A stretch of 64,000 nucleotides of DNA from Ascoidea asiatica JCM 7603 (Eukaryota; Fungi; Ascomycota), in NCBI GenBank assembly GCA_001600695.1, contig BCKQ01000001.1, forward strand, positions 2,324,680 to 2,388,679, given 5' to 3'. A program made the position numbers and the translations under genes. Below, piece after piece: positions 58,961 to 64,000 of this stretch (positions are counted from its first letter, which is position 1; every line of letters begins with the position of its first letter). A model generated the notes under the pieces. That model searched no databases, was not told where the DNA came from, and worked only from the letters and a program-made list of their open reading frames with translations.

Positions 58961-59625
58961 TTTTATTGAAATTATTTGTTAATATGATTTTAAATTAATA
59001 TCTTTTCTTTCGAATGGTATATTTTTATAAATTGAATAATTATGGAAGTATGAAAGTATGAGATTACTAGATTATTAAATTATAAGAATAATAATAATTT
59101 TCAGGAAAATAAATTTTAAGTTTATTTTGAAATTTTTTTGTTTTTTTTTTTTCTTTGAAAAAATTGATCCAAGTATTTTAGATTGAAAATATAATAAAAG
59201 GATATAAAAAAAATATTTATAATTGATTTAATTTAGAACTGAAATTATAATTATAAAAGATAATAAATTATTTATATGTAATCAAATGAATATGTGAATG
59301 GAGAAAAAAATGAAATTAAATACCAAAATTGTGATTTTAAAAAAAAAAAAAATTAAATAATGAGATTCATTAAATAGTTTAATACGATCAGTAGTAATTG
59401 ATTAATAGTGTTTATTACTCTTAATATTAATATTTGATGTTAGTATTATTACTCATCCCATAAGAAAAGTAAGGATACAAATTTTTAAGTACTAATAATT
59501 ACTTTTCAAAGCAGGCTTGGAGACTCGAAAGAGAGGGAAGTGGTACTTGGATTGTGTACCGCACTGAGTAATAGTGCCTTTGCACTGACTGAACAGGACC
59601 TATTTCGAACAGACGGAAATTATTC

Positions 59626-59634
59626 ATGAGTCAT
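59626..59634. promoter_or_regulatory. Gcn4 consensus site ATGAGTCAT upstream of ILV2
   Basis: Perfect 9-mer about 670 nt upstream of an amino-acid biosynthetic gene that is a known Gcn4 target in yeasts. Confidence 0.7.
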
Positions 59635-62230
59635 TATCTCCCATTTATAGCAAGGCAAAATAGGTGGACTTCAAAGTAATAAAAAAGGAATAAACAGAAA
59701 TAATCACCCACTGCAGCAGGGATCATCTCATCTCAAAAGCATAATTAATTTCAAAAAGTGGACCGGTGCGTTCTCCAGCTCAGATTTGCACCAGTGAAAT
59801 TTTTCAGTGCTCGCAGCCCCAGTGAAAAATGAAAAAAAGTCAAGAAAGTCGAGCGGTTGGAAAGTGACAGGCCGGAACAGGCACACGGCACCGCCGGCAC
59901 AGGCCCAGCGCACCAGCGGAAGCCACAGACCCCCAAAAATATATCACCCAGACCTCTGTTTCCAGACTCAAATACATCATGTGACTTTTAAACTTAGAAT
60001 TCCCCGACTTCATCCGTCGATGCAGGAGTGGAGACCCTGTAATTGATGATTTCAGTTCATAGATCATGTGTTTGATTTACCGATAAAAAATAAAAATAAA
60101 AAAAAAAGATCTATGAAACAGGCGATGGTTATTAGCCCTTGAATAGAGATCCACAAAACCGGTTTTAGTTTGTTTTTGTGCTCGTTCCAGAAGGCGGAGA
60201 AATGCCTTGAAGTTGCCTGAGCTTCAACATGGCACACATATCCCTCTGGAAACAGAGCTGTCTTTGTTTATTTGGGTTCTTCTTCAGTATTTAGTCACTG
60301 TTTACTTACTATTTTGTGGTATTATTTCACTTTACTTTCACACTTTGAGTGAGAAATTTATCTCTAAACAATAGAAAATATTCTTTTAACTGTTTATTTC
60401 CAAATTCAAATTGATTAAATTAAGGAAAAACAAAAACAAAAACAAAAAGAAGGTATATTCACTTTTACTTTTAATTTTTATTCCACTAACATTAAGTAAA
60501 TCGGTTGAATCAATTTAATTCTGTTTAAAGTAACTGAAAGGAAATCAAAAATGAATTCGAAAATGAAATCGAAAATGAAATCAAAAGAAATCATCAAAAA
60601 AACACTTTCTAAATGATTTATCCATCAACTACTTTTAAAATTTAAAAAGGGGTAATAAAAGAGATATTTTTTTACTTTTATTATTCCTTTTTGACTCTCG
60701 TTTCAATTTGATTTTCTTAAATTCATCATTAAGGAGAAAAGTTTCATGATTTATATTTAATAATATTATTTTAATTGGTTTAATCAACTTCGTCTTTTGA
60801 CTCAGTATTGTTATATTTAACCTCCAAAATGTTTAATGTTTACTTTAATTTCTTAAAAATGTATTGAAATTTTGAAATATTGAAATAATAAAATATTAAA
60901 AATATACGGATAAAAATTAAGCGGTATGTTGTCTGAAAAATCATAAGATAGATACAACTAGATACAACTACAGTAACCATTATCAATAATCATTTCAATA
61001 ATTTTAAAAACATTAATTACTTTATGCATTTCAATTCTTACATACCATTCATTTATTTCAACTCGGTTCGTTATGAGATTGACGTTTACTAAATAATTTA
61101 ACTTCTTTTTTTAGATACTGATCATTATCATCATCATCATCATTTATTTACTTTTTTACTCTGTAATCGCAATACAATATCTACAATATCTACAAAAATA
61201 ATAATGATAATATCTTAATTCTTAACCATCCCTTCATTTTATATTCTAAATTATCTTCTTTTATCTATGGTTATCAATTACTGATTAATTCAATTAATTC
61301 ACACAAAATCACACAAAATTTCACAACATTAATAATATCATCAAGATAAATAATATTGATTTGATATATAAATGAATATATCTCCTATTTATTTTCAATT
61401 ACTTATTTCTTTTTAAAAAGAAATATTCTTTAACCTGGAAAATATACTATATTTAACCATTATTTTTTTAATAATTCAATAACATTTCAATTAAATTTAT
61501 TAGAATTTTTATTCTTATTTATTATTAATTTATAAATTTAAACCAAATCTAAATCGATTAACTTTTCAATAAAAGAGAAATTAAGAAATTAAACTACTAC
61601 GTCAAAAATTTCTTATCTCCAATTATATAAATTTTTCTATACATAACTCTAAAATCAAATCAAATCAAATCAAATCAAAACAAAACAAAACAAAAAAGAA
61701 ACGTCAAATTTTAGAAAAAAAAAATTTATTACTTAAGCTATTTATTTTTCATTGTTTACAATTTTGTTTATATTTTTCACTGATTTTTCATATCTAACGA
61801 CTACAAATAATTTGTACAGTGGTAAACATTCAGTCTAAAATATTATTTACTATTGTATTACACTACTGTACATCTCTATTCAATAATTACTCCCTTAAAC
61901 TTTATATACCTTTTATTTTTGTTTTTTAATTAATTAAATTTCAAATTTATAACCTCAATTGCTTTGCTTTTTTTTTTATTATCGCTTTTAATTATATTTA
62001 ACTCTTTGCATCTCCAACAAAATTTAAATCTAATTTTTTTCAAGTTTTTTTATTTTTATTTTTTTTACTATAATTACTTAATCTTAAATCACTTAATAAC
62101 TAATCATATCAATCATATTTTAATAACTAATTTCTTTAATTGAAGTCAAATATCTTCAATTTATTTTTTTTTCAATCAAATCTATATTATAACTTCAACT
62201 AATTCAAACAAAGTTAAAATAATTTAAAAA

Positions 62231-64000
62231 ATGTTAGCCTCAATTGCAGGTTCTGCCGTCGTTACATTTGTTTTTACAAAACTTCTTGATAGTCAATATC
62301 AATCTAAAAATTCAAAAAAAATTTCTGAAGATTTAAAAAAAGAAGTTACTGAACAAATTGAATTAACTAATACAAATTTAGAATCTCAAATATCTTTAAA
62401 ATCTGATATCATAACCAAAAAAAATCAACAAATAAATCTGTTAGCTTCTCAATTAAAACAATTAGAATCTAAATCAAAATTATTAATAAATGAAAATAAT
62501 TCATTTCAAAAAACTAATGATTTATTAGAAAAAAATCTTAAATCAACTACAACTAAATTAACATTAATTGAATCTCAAAAATTTGAATTATCTGATAAAG
62601 TTGAAAAATTATTTCAATCAAATACTGAATTACAAAATTCAAATGAAACAAAAATAAATATTTTAAGAAAGCAATTAAGAAATAAAGATAATGAAATAAA
62701 TGATATTGCAACTCAATTACAAGAATTTAAAGTTCAAAAAGTTCTATTTGATCAACAAAAGATTTCATTAACTGATCAAGTTAATTCCCGAAAAGAAAAA
62801 ATTAAAAATTTATCAAAAGATATTGACTCCAAAACTAAAGAATTAAATTCATTTATATCAAAATATGATGTATCTGAGAAAAGAGTATCCTCTCTATCTT
62901 TCGAAATTTCTAATTTAAAAAAATTTCTAGCCAAAGCCAAAATCGAAAAAGATACATTACAAGAGCAAGTCTCTGATCTTCAAGCACAATTAAAAACATC
63001 AAAACTGTTAACATTATTCAATCAAAATCAATCCCAGAAATTGAATGAAGAACTATCATTAAAACGTGAAGAAATTCAAAAATTGTCTTCAAGAATAGAA
63101 GAATTACAAGGTAAAATATCAACTTTAACAACTACATTAGAAATCGAATCGAAGATCAAAGCAGACCTACAAGAAAATATAAACACATTAACAAATGAAC
63201 TTAAAAAATCTCAAAACCTCGTTAAGCAATTACAGACAGATCTCGAAAATAAATCAAAGGAAATAATAAAATTGAATAAAGAGATCGAAAGTATAAAATT
63301 ATCAAAGGATGAATTAGAAAAACAATCAAAAGATAAACTTGAAAAAGCTTTAACGAAATCTGAGGAACTCTCAACTAACAATAATTCTTTGACAATGACA
63401 GTTGATTCCTTGAAAATAGATATAAATGATTTAGCAAAAAAAATAACAGAAAAAGACATAAAATTGACAGATCTTACAAATAAGGTCCAAAATTCTGAAT
63501 CCCTTATTCAAAATCTAAACACAAAAATTAAAAGCGCACAAGAAGTGCAAAATTCGAATCAAGAAAAGATCGCTAGTTTAACAAAAGAAAACCAAACACT
63601 AATACGAGAGCTTGAATACAAAGCCACTGAGTTAAAAGATTTCAAATCTAAAAACCTACTCCTCCAACAAAACTCAAAAGAACAAGCAATCTCAATTACA
63701 GATCTTACCACCAAGCTTACTATTTCAAAAACAACTCATGAAACAACTAAGAAATTGAACAATCAACTTACAGACAAATTAAATAACCTCAAAACCAATT
63801 TCGAAAAAACCAGTAAATGCTATTCTGAACTTCAAAGCAACTTCAAAACTACAATTCAACAAATAAACACAAAATATCTAAATTCCGAGAAAAGATTATT
63901 GCAAATTTCTGATGAATTGAAAACTACTCAAGATAAGGCTAAGGGTTTTGAAACCAGCTTAGCTAAGACTTCTGGTGAATTGAAGATCTCTACTGATAAA
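62231..64000 (+). CDS. Large coiled-coil protein with a short hydrophobic N-terminal segment (partial; runs off the window)
   Basis: AAAAA ATG at 62231; MLASIAGSAVVTFVFTKLLDSQYQSK is followed by about 570 codons of K/E/L/S/N/Q heptads with no stop up to 64000. It is absent from the track because it has no stop. Confidence 0.85.
   Translation, partial: MLASIAGSAVVTFVFTKLLDSQYQSKNSKKISEDLKKEVTEQIELTNTNLESQISLKSDIITKKNQQINLLASQLKQLESKSKLLINENNSFQKTNDLLEKNLKSTTTKLTLIESQKFELSDKVEKLFQSNTELQNSNETKINILRKQLRNKDNEINDIATQLQEFKVQKVLFDQQKISLTDQVNSRKEKIKNLSKDIDSKTKELNSFISKYDVSEKRVSSLSFEISNLKKFLAKAKIEKDTLQEQVSDLQAQLKTSKLLTLFNQNQSQKLNEELSLKREEIQKLSSRIEELQGKISTLTTTLEIESKIKADLQENINTLTNELKKSQNLVKQLQTDLENKSKEIIKLNKEIESIKLSKDELEKQSKDKLEKALTKSEELSTNNNSLTMTVDSLKIDINDLAKKITEKDIKLTDLTNKVQNSESLIQNLNTKIKSAQEVQNSNQEKIASLTKENQTLIRELEYKATELKDFKSKNLLLQQNSKEQAISITDLTTKLTISKTTHETTKKLNNQLTDKLNNLKTNFEKTSKCYSELQSNFKTTIQQINTKYLNSEKRLLQISDELKTTQDKAKGFETSLAKTSGELKISTDK

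Noticed and set aside
59728-60067. Four short overlapping ORFs, and a Leu3-like ACGGCACCGC at 59885, upstream of ILV2
   Set aside because: The ORFs are GC-island artefacts. The motif misses both outer bases of CCG-N4-CGG, so it is not called.

Overview
Very AT-rich, gene-dense, intron-poor chromosomal segment of a budding yeast (Saccharomycotina, not a close Saccharomyces relative; many proteins carry poly-Asn/Gln expansions). It holds about 23 protein-coding genes. Most are recognisable housekeeping genes: MRP17, APL2, DMO2/YDL157C-like, FOL3, DHH1, STE7, NPR2, PEX13, MEF1, TFC4, histone H4, RNH70/REX1, EMC3, BDP1, DDC1, SEC66, RPS20, RAX1, dynactin p62, MTO1, UFD1 and ILV2. Reading the raw sequence adds several things the ORF track misses: (1) a box C/D snoRNA (snR69 homologue, guide for 25S Cm2948 in S. 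cerevisiae numbering) inside a spliceosomal intron of an apparently non-coding host exon pair just upstream of MTO1; (2) a 94-aa intron-containing orphan gene at 54231-54615; (3) an intron that joins two ORFs into a 962-aa protein with two Myb/SANT-like internal repeats; (4) short first exons for BDP1 (AAG acceptor) and UFD1; (5) a >590-aa coiled-coil ORF with a hydrophobic N-terminus that runs off the right edge. The contexts of the rare CTG codons hint at CUG=Ser. Promoters are GC-rich islands that also raise the GC of coding sequence they overlap. I see no mobile element, tRNA, rRNA or CRISPR array, and no clear new multi-gene system; the best novelty candidates are the three uncharacterised genes and the snoRNA host arrangement. 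All homology calls are from memory of protein families, not from database searches.
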